Shown here: positions 11,435 through 24,640 of the stretch, one piece after another | Layout: each line of letters starts with the position of its first letter | Position numbering within the stretch: the first letter of the stretch is position 1 | From: Vitrella brassicaformis CCMP3155 | Taxonomy: Eukaryota; Protista; Chromerida | Direction: 5' to 3' | NCBI GenBank assembly: GCA_001179505.1 | Contig: CDMY01000650.1 | Coordinates: 1 to 36,577, forward strand | DNA length: 36,577 nt | The notes under the pieces: generated by a model | Told to the model about the DNA's origin: nothing | Database searches by the model: none | What the model saw: only the letters and a program-made list of their open reading frames with translations | Program-made: the position numbers and the translations under genes

Positions 11435-14355
11435 TCAGACGAGGTCATCGCTCTCCTCCTCGCTCATCTCGTCCAGCGCCGTAAACATTATCGGCACGCT
11501 CGGACCCTCCGCAAATATCCCAGCCGGCAGCATCACGCCGCCAGCACCAGCCCCCTTGCCACCCCCAGTCCCACTGCTACTGCTGCTGTTGCTGTTGTTG
11601 TTGCTCACCTCGCTGGACTCAGACACACCATTGCCCCCATGGCCGTTGCTGCTGCTGTTGCTGCTGCTGGTGGTGGTCGCTGTGGTGCGGTGGTCCCACG
11701 ACGGTGGGCTCATAAGGCCGGCAGTCGGGGTCGAGCAGGTCGTGGTCGGTGTCCACTGCCCACCACCACCAGAAGGGCTGCTGCGGCAAGCAGGCGGCGG
11801 CCGCGACCGCACGTGTGGGTGCGCATGGGAGTGGGCGTGTGCGCGTGGCGACGCAGCCACACAATGGTGACGGCGAAGTGACGCAAATGGGGTGCTGGGT
11901 GGAGGAGGGGGCGGCAGGAACACCTCTTCCCTCCCCACAACAACAGCAGGGGCAGCGGCATCATCTCCTCTCTCTCTCTCCTTTGCGGCAGCACCAGACG
12001 CAGTGGGTGTGGGGGTCGGCTGCTCGCTGCCGCTCACATCGCCCCAGTGACATCGCGCCGGGGTCGGTGTGAGGGAGAGAGACAGCGGCGTGTCCGGGGG
12101 CGTGCTCGTGCTGGGGCTGCCGTCGCTCGCCACCAAGCTGCCGATAGACGATGACGCCGACGAGTGGGCTGAGGGGGAGGTGGGGAGGGAGAGCCGCAGC
12201 TTGAGCTTGGTGGCGAGCCTCCTGGGGGCGGGTGGCGACTGCAGTGACGCAATCGACGCTGTCGGCGAAGCTGCGGCTGCGAGGGGGGGAGGGGAGGGGG
12301 CGTGCGGCAGGCTTATGCTGAGAGTCATCACAGGCGAGGCGTCTTCGCCAGCACCCCTCGGCTGACTCTCAACTCTCTGCAGACAGACAAGAGACGCAGA
12401 CACACGGAGAGAGAGAGAGAGAGACCGTGTGAATGCTCTGCTCTCTATCTCTCTCTCTCGCTCTCCCTCGCACCTGCTGTCCGTGGGATCGTCTGGGAGT
12501 CGGGCCATGCACCGTGGGCGTGCTCGTGGGTGAGAGGAACCCCACCCCCCGGTAGTATCTCTGCTGCCACTGCGCGAATCCCCGGCCGCTCGACTCGCTC
12601 CCCCTCTCCAGAGGCACTCCAAGCGACCGGCCACACGGGGTCGGCGTCGACACTGATATGGGCGGCACGCTCACGCCCACACTGCGACGGACTGAGGGCG
12701 TGGTTGACGGCAGCAGGGGAGTGGTGTCCATCTCGATCTCGCCGCTCACGCGGTCGACAATCCACTCACGGGGCGGCAGAGGGATGGAGAGGCCCACCGA
12801 AGGCGACTGCTGCTGCTGCTCCTGCTGGGGCTGTGGCTGCTGCCGCCGCTGTGCTTCTTGCTTCTCGCTCCTGGATGCGGGCGACGAATCGGTGGCAGCA
12901 GCTGCTGCCATGGCCACTGATAAGGGCGAGGATACCGGTGGCGGTGTGAGGGTGGGTACGGTGGGCGGGATGGTGTGGTGGATGAAGGGGTGCTGCAGGG
13001 CCTCTGCGGCCGTCAGCCGCTTCTGCGGATCGGGGTTCAGCAGGTGCTGCAGCAGGTCCGTCAGGTGAGCTGACAGGGGGGCGGGAGAGGGAGAAGGGGA
13101 GGGGGAGGGGGAGGACGGATCGCCCTTGCGGATCGCACTGATGAGCGAGCGAATGCCACGAGTCAGGAAGTACCTGGACACACACACACACATCAACCAG
13201 AGAGAGCGACGGATGGTACTAAACAGACGTGGTGTGGTGAGAGTGGAGGGGATGGGAGGTGTGCAGACCCGACGTACCGGTATGCTCTGTCAGAGCAAGC
13301 GGCAAATCGCCACGGGAGGCGCCCGACGGCGAGACCGAACCCCACCACCCCACACGCAAACACGTCCACAGGCGGACCTTCATAGTGGCTCAGGTAGCAG
13401 CCACCGCCACCATGGACACCACCATCAGCGCCACCACCAGCACCAGCACCGCAATCAGACTCCCTGCCCCTCGCGGCAGCCGCCCATCTCGCAGCCGTCA
13501 CCTCCGGCGCCCGGTAGCTCGGCTTGCCCACCTTGTCGGCAAAGGTGCGCTCGGCCCGGCCCTCCTCGCCCCACCGCCACTCAGCTTGGCCAAAGTCGAT
13601 GAGCCGCAGGTTGCCGTCCCGGTGCAGGACGACGTTCTCGAGCGAGATGTCCCTGTGTGTGACGCCGAGGGCGTGCAATGACGACACGGCCGAGAGGATG
13701 TTGCGCAGGTAGGCCCGGCAGAGGCTCTCTGGGAGGGCTCGCTCGTGTGGGCTGCTCCTGCTGCTGCTGGTACTGGTGGGTGATGGTGTGGAGGGGGAGG
13801 GGGAGGGCGCTGGAGAGGGTGTTGGAGAGGGGATGGCGCTGGACTTGGTGGCGGTGGTAGAGGTCAGGACCTGCAGCAACTCGCCCTCGTGGCAGTAGTC
13901 GGTGACGATGACAACGTCCTGACACGTGATACAGGGAGAGACATGTCGTCATGCCAGCCATGTGTAACAGCGAATCGAATGCCACACCCGTGCCATCCCC
14001 ACCGCCCACCCACGCCACGCACCTGCTGGTCGATGGCCACATCCATGATATCCACCACCCCGTGTGTCTCGCCGCCGCCCTCCTGCAGCTGCACGTCCAT
14101 CAGATACCGCGAGATCCACGCCTCCTGCGGCACCGACGACCAATCCGCAAAACTAGCGGCAGACACGGGCATCTTCAGCCGCTTGATCACATGCAGCTCG
14201 TCGGTGAGGCGGTGCCGGGCGAGACACACCGAGGGACCCCTCTCCCTGTCTGAGAGGGTCCGCACAAGGCCGTAGTCGGCTGAGCTGAAGGTGGGGAGGG
14301 AGAGAGGAGGCGCTCCCACGCCTCCCTCTGTGTCGAGATCGTTATAGACCACCAT
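11435..14355 (-). CDS. Ser/Thr protein kinase with a long low-complexity C-terminal tail; at least 4 exons
   Basis: Motifs HVIKRL, QEAWI (alphaC), HRDISLEN, LIDFG, GKPSYRAPE and DVFACGV. Introns at 14022..13919, 13277..13174 and 12473..12377 keep the frame. Confidence 0.9.
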
Positions 14356-14792
14356 GCTGCTGTTCTCGTGTTGCTCTTGTCGTCGGATGATGCCGTGTCA
14401 TCCTTCCTCGGTTGTCGCGTCTTCCGTCGAGAGATCAGATCAGATCACGTCACGCTGTGTCGAGAGATCTTCGGGAGATCAACCGGTGTAGACCAAAACA
14501 AGCGCACAGACAGACTGGGAGAGACCCAAAAGTCGGGAAGAGTCCTCTCCTCTCCTTCATCAGAAGCTCGCAGAAAAGCTCGCAAAAGAAAAAATTGTCC
14601 GTCTCGAGAACCCCGTCAGATCTCGTCAAGAGGTAAGCCGAGGTGAAGGCGAGCAGGTGACCACGAAAACGAGACGGCTCCACCATTCACTTTCGCTCTC
14701 CAGGTGTGGATTGCAGATCTAGAGTCCTTCGTGCGAGGAGTCGCTGTTAATAACCATCCGTCCGTCGGCACTGAGTGCAAGCGCATCGCATT

Positions 14793-15239
14793 ATGGCACC
14801 GCCCAAGAGAATATCGACCAGAGTCAAGGAGGAGCTCGGTATGCCAGCTTAGCTTGGACCATGACAGTACAGTCACTGTGGGTGGATGGGATGCTGTCAA
14901 CGATGTGTGTGTCGCATAGATGAGGTGACTAAGATGGTGGAGAAGATGGAGAATGAGCTCAAGGCCGCCCACAAAGCAGAGCTCGAGAAGAAGGACAAAG
15001 AAATCGCAGAGCTCAAGACGTGAGCACACAGCAGACCAACCATTGCAATTGGCAACGAACCGACATTGGCAATACCTATGTGTGTCGACTCGGCTCAAAC
15101 TGCTGCTTGTCAGGAAGCTGGAGAAAGACGAGGTGAGCACAGTGACGCACACACACGAGGGAGGGAGGGAGGGGTAGGGTGTGTGAGCGGGTGTGAAGTG
15201 AATGTGTGTGCGTCTGATCAGACGCCCTCCGGCAAATGA
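14793..15239 (+). CDS. 60-aa coiled-coil microprotein, 4 coding exons
   Basis: Joining three canonical GT-AG introns gives MAPPKRISTRVKEELDEVTKMVEKMENELKAAHKAELEKKDKEIAELKTKLEKDETPSGK*. Additional GT-AG introns are plausible in the 5' and 3' UTRs. Confidence 0.6.
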
Positions 15240-15693
15240 GACTTTTCAACACGTACGGCACGTCAGAATGCACACGGAGCCAGACAGACATGCACACCCA
15301 ATCACGCACTGACAGGCAGGTGTGATTTGTGTTTGCAGGTAGAACAACACGAGGCACACACGACCGACACCTGTGCGGCCTCTGGGCGCGGCGCGGCGCG
15401 TGGCACTTAGGTCGGTCTTCCTTACAGGCGGGATGATGGAGCGTAGGTGGTTGCACACAACACAGCACACTGCCTAGTCTTTATATACTTACGGCATCTA
15501 TGTGTGTATATGTGTCGATACGAACGCACTTTATGTAGTAAGCCACTTTTGCCTTGCCCCTGACGTGTGCTGTGCGTGTGGGCTTAGAGGTTGGGGCGAA
15601 GGAAGGGACTCGAGTCACGCTACTCATTGGTAGTAGCTAAACGTCTGTGTGTGGCCGTCCATCGATCCCTATGTTCAGCCAGCCACAGCACAT

Positions 15694-18013
15694 TCACCTA
15701 GCCGATTCCTTGTCAAGCGTCACAGCCCACCTTCCACCCCTCACACGCATCACCTCCCGCACTCGCATCCCACACACACTCTCGCCCTCCTCCAGCACAT
15801 CGACAACTGCCATGCCACCCATGGCTCTCCCAGACAGCACCAGCACCACACTGCTCACATCCCCCCTGCCGCCCAGGTGCGACAGCACCGAGTCGAGAGC
15901 AGTTCTGTCCTCAGCACGACGGTCGTCTCCAGGCCACAACAGCACGCACACCACTCTGCTGCCGCTGCTGTCGTCGTCTTCGCAAGTGGCTTGTGTCAGG
16001 TCAGGCGTGCTCGTCAGGTGGTGCTGGAGGGAGAGGGGTGTGGCCGCTGAGGGTGTGGTGTCAGAGTCTCCATGGCAGGGAGGGGAGGGCGGCACGTAGA
16101 GGGCGTGGTAGGCGATGCTCGGGGCGGGGGCGGGGGCGGGGCCATTGTCGTCGTGGCTTTGCTCGGACAGATAGGGCAGCAGGTGGGCGTCGATCGCACC
16201 CATCAGCTCAAGCTGAAGCTGCGTGTGGACACACACACACACATACATACCCACACGTACGGCAGACGGCATTCATTAATGCATCGACCCACCTTGCGGA
16301 CGTGGGTGTTTCTGGTGTGGCTTTGCCTCTCGGCCTCCGCGCGCCGGCGGAGGGCACATTGCCTGTCGGTCACCAGCTCCCCATTGGCCACCGCCAGTCG
16401 CAGATCGGCCAACGAGTCGCAAGACGCTATCACGCCCTGAACCACTCAAGCGCAGGAAGGACACCAACCTTATCTCTCGGTGCACTTATTGCCTTGTGGG
16501 TCACCTTGAACGTGCCCCGATGTGTGTCGTGTGGTGTCTTGCGGCCGTGGTCCATCACCATGGCCGCCATCCGCCCCTCTCCACACATGGGCACCCACAC
16601 ATGCCAACCACCGCCACACTCTCCCTCCCTCTCGACCAGGCGGCTGACGATGCGGCGCATGACGGTCGGCGGCAGACGCCCCGGGAGCGAGTCGTCATCC
16701 TGCGCTTGCTTGCCTGCGTCACGGTGGCGGTGCAGCAGACGATTGGCCAACACATCCGGGGCGAGGAGAGGTGCATCCACAGCAGCCGGACTCGGGTGGG
16801 CTTCGATGCAGAAGTGGCGGTACCGCTCGTTCTCTCTCTTTCTGTCCGCCATTTGCATGTGGAAGGCTCCCGGCCTTGCCCTGCGGTAGCGCCACACCTT
16901 CACCGGCCTGGTGGTGGACGAGGGTGGTGAGAAGAAGTGCTCGATCTCCCTCGCCGCCTGGCTGGGGGCGTCGGGGCCGTGCACCTTGTTGGTGACCAGC
17001 AGCAGGGCCTCATAAGCCGAAGGGTCGCCCGCAAAGGGCCCCGCCCACTCGACGCGCAGCCGCTGCTTGAGCCGCAGCCACGCGCCGGTCGCACCACCGG
17101 CAGGGCGCTCGAGCAGCCACCCCTCCACCATCCCACTGCATACCCACACACACACACACACACACATGAAGGATGCATCTCTTGCCGTCTGAGAAAGTCA
17201 CCTGGAGAGGTATTCAGCCGCGGCGTCATGGCGCGTCAGGTTGAAGGAAGACCCGTCGTTCATTTCTGCGGTATCGTCAGGATCGTCAGGCCAGCCCCAT
17301 GAGCACCACAGGAAGGCCATCGCCTCTTGGAGCGTCCACTGTCGGCTCTCACGTAGCCGAATGGTGAAGCCTTCTCGCTTGAGCCGCTGCTCCAACACAC
17401 CACGATACCCATGGCCGTCCTGAATGAAAGCAACCACAGACACACACACACACACACACATTCACCGTGCCGGACGCTCGCTTCTCTCATTTCTCGCATT
17501 ACCTACCGGCTTGATCAGAGCGAAGGTGACGTCTGAGCGGCACACCTCAATCGCAGCCTGGCCATCGCCTCGTGCAGTGGCAGACAGCCTGAGCCGCGAA
17601 ACACGGCCACTTCTTCTTCTCTGCTGATGGGCGCATCTGGTGTGCAGAGGCCGTGGCTGTGTCAGCAGCAGTGCCAATGCGGCAGGGATGCAGAAACAGA
17701 CGGCGGCGATGAGCAAACTCACGATGGAATGAATGGATCTCACGAAATCCGGGCAAGCGGAGCTGCCCGAATGGCTCCCTGGGGCCGGGAAAGGCACAGA
17801 TCTCTCTTCTCCCTTCTCGCCTTCTTCAGCAAGCTCAGCTGCCAGCTCGCACGCGGTGAGAGGGAACCGCTCCTCCTGTAAGAGGGAAGAGGAGAAGGCG
17901 TCAGATCCATGTCCATTGGCGCATGATGGACGTGACTGATGAGTTCTTTCGCGTCGTGAAGAGGCTCCGGCCCGGCCTGAGGGTGGCACCGCTGCAGCCG
18001 AACGAGTCGCCAT
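15694..18013 (-). CDS. Putative TM + nucleoside-diphosphate-kinase domain + SAM-methyltransferase-like domain fusion protein
   Basis: Splicing at 17506 gives TFALIKP|DGHGYRGVLEQRLKREGF, followed by EYLS|SGMVEGWLLE and TNKVHGPDAPSQAAREIEHFF (NDK motifs). Then come LPPTVMRRIVSRL...VWVPMCGEGRMA (motif I-like) and ALYVPP. The start codon is uncertain. Confidence 0.7.
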
Positions 18014-19375
18014 TCGCCGCCATGTCCATGCAAATCGTCAGTGAGCCGACACACACACACAGAGTCGCACACACACACCAGCATGACCAATGGGAGACCG
18101 CTTCAATGCTTGTGTGTTTGTGGTGTGGTGCAGATGTCGAACCTGGTTCGTGCAGAGCGTCTGTTGGGCAACATGAGCGCCGCTGGCGGAAACGATGCAG
18201 CCACAGACCCATCAGGCACCACTGCCGTGTATGTCTGTCTGCACACACACAGACAGACAGACAATGGATGCCGTGTGTGTGTGTGTGTATGTGTGATTCT
18301 CTGAGTAGAGGCGTGATCCGGATGTGCAAAGAGGACATCCAGACGCTCGAGAGCGTGGTGGACGTCCACACCCACACCCACGCCGACGCGTCTTCTGCGG
18401 CGTCGCTGTCCGCCCACCGTCATGGAGTGGTGTCGTGCCTTTACGACTACCTGCAGACACTCGCACAGAGGCTGCAGCAGCTGGAGGTCAACAGAATGCA
18501 GCAGCAGCTGGAGGTCAAGCGGTGAGAAATGGGGGCCCAGGTGGTGGGGGAGGGGGTGATGGGATGGAATAGGACAATGAACTGGGTTTGTGGCTGGTCG
18601 TGTGTGTGGGTGTAGGTATTTCTCCGGGCCTGGGTATCGCGGCGGGCCGGTGAGGGTCAAGAACAACGCGCATATGCCGGTTGAGAGTACGCGAGCAATC
18701 CCACCCAACACAAATCCATCCATCCATCAATAGCCTCTCTCTCTCTCTCTGTGTCTGTGTGTGTGTGTGTGTGTGTAGGGAGCGACGCCTTGTCGTATGC
18801 GCCGGCTGCGTGGGGGGAGTCCACCTCTCTCGCTGTGGATGAGGCCACGCAGCAGCAGCTGTCGGCTCAGACGCAGCAGCTGCTCAACATGTACAACACC
18901 GACCTTGACGCACTCAGGTGAGCGGTGTTTGCACCAACGAAGAGGTGCTGGAGGGTGTGTGTGTGTGTGTGTGTCAGGGATGCGCAGAGCAAGGTGTCGG
19001 AGATCTCTCAGCTGATGGGCTTCTTCGCCACCAAAGTCGCTGAGCAAAACGAGCTGTGCGAACAGAGTGAGTACGGCAGTGGACGTCATGGGCGGGCGGA
19101 ATGACACCATTCATTCATCTGTCTGTCTGCGTGTGGTCAGTTGCCAGCATGGCTGGCGAGAGTGTGGAGCTGATGGGCAAGGCCGGCAGACACCTTTCCA
19201 AAGCCATCCAGAGATCCAACTCGTATGAAGGAAGTTTTCTCACATAACAGTGGGCTGCGCCATACGCGTGGATGTGTGTGTGTGTGTGTGTGTGTGCAGG
19301 TATCGGTTCTACTGCGTGATGTTCTTCATTGTGGCCTCGGTGATCTTGTTGGTTCTAGACTGGATCAAGTCGTAG
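17923..19375 (+). CDS. STX18: Syntaxin-18/Ufe1-like Qa-SNARE
   Basis: N-peptide MDVTDEFFRVV; AHRHGVVSCLYDYL; SNARE helix DAQSKVSEISQLMGFFATKVAEQNE; C-terminal TM YRFYCVMFFIVASVILLVLDWIKS*. Confidence 0.85.
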
Positions 19376-19679
19376 AGAGCAGTGCTGCCAGCCAGCCATC
19401 GGCAGCTGCGTGTACAGGTCTGTCTGTGTGTCGGTCTGTCTGTCTGTCGGCTCTGAGTGTGTGTGTGAGAGAGAGAGAGCGAGCGAGGCAGTGAGACCTC
19501 ACACACGAGAGTGACTGTCATGATTGAAATCAGCCATCCTATCCAGCCTTGCCTCTCTCCTTGCCCTCCCTCTCTGGCAAGCACTCCCCCACCCTCCCTC
19601 TCCAGTCTTTGCTCTCCCCATCCCATACGTAAGGCGGCACCCTCCCCCTCCCCCCCCACAGCGGAAACTCACTCACAGC

Positions 19680-20806
19680 CGCCGGGCCGTGGTAGACCAT
19701 CAGCCCGGCCACCTGGCCCTTGGTAGCCGCCGCACCCAGACCTTTGACGCCGCCCATGTGTTGGCTCGCGTAGGCGTTGCCTGCACTTGCACCAGCTGCG
19801 GTGCCTGTCGCGGGTGCGCCTGCTGCCGCTGCTGCTGCTGTGGTGGTGGTGGTGCTCCGCTCCATGTCGGGCGTGAGATACTTGGCGCGAATGCGGTTCT
19901 GGCAGTAGAGGTCGAACAACACCTGAGCGGCCAGCCAAGAGAGATAGAGAGANNNNNNNNNNNNNNNNNNNNNNNNNNNNNNNNNNNNNNNNNNNNNNNN
20001 NNNNNNNNNNNNNNNNNNNNNNNNNNNNNNNNNNNNNNNNNNNNNNNNNNNNNNNNNNNNNNNNNNNNNNNNNNNNNNNNNNNNNNNNNNNNNNNNNNNN
20101 NNNNNNNNNNNNNNNNNNNNNNNNNNNNNNNNNNNNNNNNNNNNNNNNNNNNNNNNNNNNNNNNNNNNNNNNNNNNNNNNNNNNNNNNNNNNNNNNNNNN
20201 NNNNNNNNNNNNNNNNNNNNNNNNNNNNNNNNNNNNNNNNNNNNNNNNNNNNGGGTGGGGGGTGACCGACCTTCAGGTGGTGCAGCTGTGCATTGAGGAA
20301 GAGGAATCTGAATTCGCCCTGCGGCCCACCCAGCTGACGCACCAGCTCCACATTCACCTCATGTGCCATTTCCTGATAAACAGAACGGGCCAGGAGGGAG
20401 GCAACCAATCCACACACACACTCACACACACACACGCACACAGAGAGAGAGAGCGAGACGTCTTTCCTGAATGAGCGTACCAGCAGAGCAATGTCGCAGT
20501 GGTACTCCCACACACCAGCGGCACCAGCAGCACCAGAAGCAGCGGCGGCTCCCCCGCCCTTTGCTGCTGTGGTCTCTTTCTCTTTCCCGTCACCCTGCTG
20601 CTGCTGTTGCTGTTGCTGCTGCTGCTCTCGGAAGGCCCACTTTTCGTGTGGCGTGGGTGATGCGGCTGCGATGGGCGGCCTGATGGGTGTGGCCCAGCCC
20701 TTCTTGAGGGGCTCGTAGGCGATCAGACGGCCCTTCTCCTTCACCCTGGCCATGACGTCGTGGACGACCGCCTGAATCCAGCCACCCAGCCACCCCCCAT
20801 GTGCAG

Positions 20807-20838
<32 letters not shown>

Positions 20839-23122
20839 TGTATTGACCTTTGCGTGTTCGTGCTGGTATCTTTGGGCCTCCCTCTGCAGCCGAATGGTGC
20901 GGAAGAACAGTGGCCTGAAGGGGTGAAAGCAACGAGAGACAGATGAGATGGGTGGGCGGGGTGAGAGTGTGTGTGTGTGTGTGTCCCCTACCCCTCCAGG
21001 GGCACGTGAATGAAAGCCTCCATCTTCATCTCGCCATTCTGAGACACACGCACATACGTCTCTACACACCAACCACACCCCCCCCCCCCCCCCNNNNNNN
21101 NNNNNNNNNNNNNNNNNNNNNNNNNNNNNNNNNNNNNNNNNNNNNNNNNNNNNNNNNNNNNNNNNNNNNNNNNNNNNNNNNNNNNNNNNNNNNNNNNNNN
21201 NNNNNNNNNNNNNNNNNNNNNNNNNNNNNNNNNNNNNNNNNNNNNNNNNNNNNNNNNNNNNNNNNNNNNNNNNNNNNNNNNNNNNNNNNNNNNNNNNNNN
21301 NNNNNNNNNNNNNNNNNNNNNNNNNNNNNNNNNNNNNNNNNNNNNNNNNNNNNNNNNNNNNNNNNNNNNNNNNNNNNNNNNNNNNNNNNNNNNCCCCCCC
21401 CCCCCGTCTCTCGAACTCTCCCACTCTCCGCGCTCACCGAAATGACGGCCTTGGCGCTGTGCGCCGCCCCCCCTCCCTCTCCCTCCCTCTCCCTCTCTGC
21501 TGCTGCCGCTGCTGCCGCTGCATCAGGCTCGAGGAGGTGAAAGATGTCCAGGTTGGATGCCGCCGGCGGGAAGAGGGCGTTGCGGTGCTTGAGGGGCTCG
21601 GGCAGCCCGGGGGTCTCGCCATTGCGCGGGGTGCCCTGGAGCTTCCTGCACACACACACACACACACATGGATGGATGGATGGATGTGTGTGTGAGGGTA
21701 TGTGTGTGGGTGTGACCTCATGACTTGCACGTTGTACCACCTCCAGCCACGGGCAGCCACTGACACACAGACAGACAGACATAGACAGAGGCTGTCGGTG
21801 TCTGCCTGTGGTGTGTGGGAGGGAGGGGCGCGTACCTCTGGTGCGGATTCTCTCCACAACGTCTTGCTCGGTCGGCTGCTGCCTCTGTGTGTAGAGAGAG
21901 AGAGAGAAGGAAGAATGGCCTGTGCGTGTGTGTGGCTGGGTGCTGGTGTGCGGGGCTACCGGTGTCTGCTGCTGTTGCTGTGTCATGTGGATGTGTGTGG
22001 CGTCTTGTTTGATGCAGAAAATGCCACCCAACTTTTGCAGCCACTTGTAGGGACGGTACTCACTGGACCGCCCAACCACACACACACATAAATGTGGTCT
22101 CCCTCCCTCCCTCCCTCGTCTGTCGCTCACCCAGTGGTGTTATCCGTGCCAAATCTGAGCGCCAGGCCCTCGTGCATGGCCTTGGGTGAGGTCAGGCCGG
22201 TGTCGCCGCTCAGGTGGGGGTCGAACTGGAAGAGATCCACCAGCACCGCCACCCTCTCGCTCTGAGACATATTCCTGAACGCGCAGACACACACACACAC
22301 ACACACACGGAGAGGGAGAGGGAGAGAGAGAGATGTGTGTGTGTAAAGATCCTCGCCGCGTACCGTGTTTGTGTGCAGGCGGCGCAGAGGAGGTCGAGCT
22401 TGGGCAAGTACTGGAAGGTGATGGTCACGGGGAACGAGTTGGCGCTCTGCCACGTCCCCGCACCCATGCTGATCATCGGCTGACTTATCAACTTGCCACT
22501 CTGCAGCACCACACACACACACAGACACCACAGCGTGTGTTGGGGAGATGTGTGTGTGTGTGTGTGTGCATGTCTTACAGGGACGGCTAGTTGCGTGTTG
22601 ATAGGGTCTTCCGCAATGGTCACCGACACGCGCAGCCCACACACGCGGTAGTCCTCGGCGCTCTGACGCCATCCACCATCCACACACATACACACACACA
22701 TCCACACACCTACGCGGCGTGTTTTCCATTCGCTCGCTCACCACTTCAGGCGTCTTGACGGGCACATGGGGGGTGGCTGCGGTGCTGGTGGTGGTGCTGG
22801 CGGCATCGCCACCCGCCCGAGCGACAGCGGCACCATCAGCACCACGCTGCCGCTTCTCACTCTGTGACACACATGAACACACACACACACAGACAGAGAC
22901 AGAGAGAAAGAGAGAGAAAACTGCCACCGAGAGAAAGGATTAGACACGCAGATGCGCACCTGTCCGCTTTTTTCTGGTGCAGCTGTTGTTGCTGTGGGTG
23001 GTGTCTTCCTCTTGTGGTCCCTCTGGGGCGGCGCGTGAATGTCTCTCGTGTCGGCGGCCGTGAGCTCGCCAGCCACAGACACATCAGTGATATGAGCGTC
23101 GGTGTACTCCTTCAGCGCTACA

Positions 23123-23156
<34 letters not shown>

Positions 23157-24518
23157 ATGCATTGCGGAGGGAGGGAGGAAGGGAGTGTGGGTTGGTGTGT
23201 GTGTTTGTGTGTTTGGCGGGGTGGGTGTTAGTCAGTGCCTTTGAACTTCCTGTAGATGAGGTAGAGGGGTCTCGGGAGGCCTTTGGCCTTCGGGTCTTCG
23301 GCGCCCTCGGCCTCCTTGATGTGCAGATCTAACACACACACAGACACACACACACACAAAGAAAGAAAGAGAGAGAGAGAGTGGAGAGGCAGTGCACTTC
23401 TACCAACCACCTACACAGACACGTACTGTACTGACCTTCCTGGATTGTCTCCATGCCCTTCTTCAGGATGCCTGGATGCACGCGCACACAGAGAGAGCAC
23501 AAGCGCACACACATGAGGTGTGTGTGGGTGTGAGGGCGTGTCCGACGGTTGGCTGCTCACTGATTTTGCGTGCGGTCTCCTGCAGGAAGGCGCGCTTCTC
23601 CGCCTTGCGCTTCTCAGCCTTACGCGCACACAAACATACATAAAACAGGGAGTACTCTACACGGCATTCTTGTGTGGGCTGGAGTGGAGTGCTTACCGCT
23701 TTGATCTTTCGGTTGTTCTCCTCCACCTTGTCCGTCAGCTGCTTCCGCACCTGCACACACACAGAGAGAAAGTGAGCAGCATCCAGCCACCGCACCGCGG
23801 GCAACTCTCCCTCCCTCCCTCCCTCTCTGTCTGTCTCTTCGGACATTCTCATTCTCACTTGTCATTCACTCACCGCGAGTTCGTCTTTGAGTCGGTTCAT
23901 TTCGAAAGTGAAGGGATCGGTCTCCTTGGCCACGAAGCCCTCCTCGGTGTCCTTGGCCTTGGCGACGTAAGCCTCCTCGCTCATCAGGTGGCCCGACACG
24001 GTGGTGTACTCCACTGGATCAAAACTCTGATAAATCGATCGACGAGCGCAGAGATGGGCAGGTGTGTGCGTCTCGCGGTGTCTGTGGGTGGGTGCCTGGC
24101 TGAGAGGGAGGGCATACCTTCATCTGAGCGATGCGGTTGTTGAGGAGAGCAAGCTGCAGCTCCGCGGCCTTCTCGTCGTCTCTGCTCTGCTCCTCTCCCC
24201 GGTTGGCCTCCCGCACCCCGTCATGCGCCCTCACCAGCACCTCGCCCACGTCACGCAACTCACCCAGCAGCAGCGTCAGGGCGTCCTGCGCCTCGCTGCC
24301 CACCTGCACACACGAGTGAAAAACAGAGTCGAGAGAATGAAAGAGATCTTTCCTTGCTGGTGTACCTTGTTGACTTCCTCGTCGCTGAGCGGCTTGCCCT
24401 TGTCGTGGAGCTCCTTGAGTCTCTTGAGCACCTCACGCGCACGCTTGAGCGTCGCGTGGGCCCCGTTGAGGACCATCTGGTCGCTCGCCGGCAGCGACGA
24501 ACCCGTGTCGATGTCCAT
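19680..24518 (-). CDS. THOC5: THO complex subunit 5 (THOC5/FMIP); many exons, two assembly gaps, 3' end uncertain
   Basis: HLMSEEAY, MNRLKDELAVRKQL, LPRPLYLIY, ITFQYLPKLDLL, GDTGLTSP and RPYKWLQKLGG correspond, in order, to conserved THOC5 blocks as I recall them. Confidence 0.8.
19953..20252. other. Assembly gap (300 N)
   Basis: N run inside the THOC5 locus. Confidence 1.
21094..21393. other. Assembly gap (300 N)
   Basis: N run flanked by poly-C on both sides. Confidence 1.
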
Positions 24519-24640
24519 CGATGAGTGAGAGGGGAGATCTCCGGGAAAGCAGATCTGCCGAGGCGAGCTGGAGCTCGCAGAAGGAAGCGACGTTTCAGGA
24601 GCCCAGGAGACTCTTTAGGCGTCTGCAGCCTGTCGTGGTG

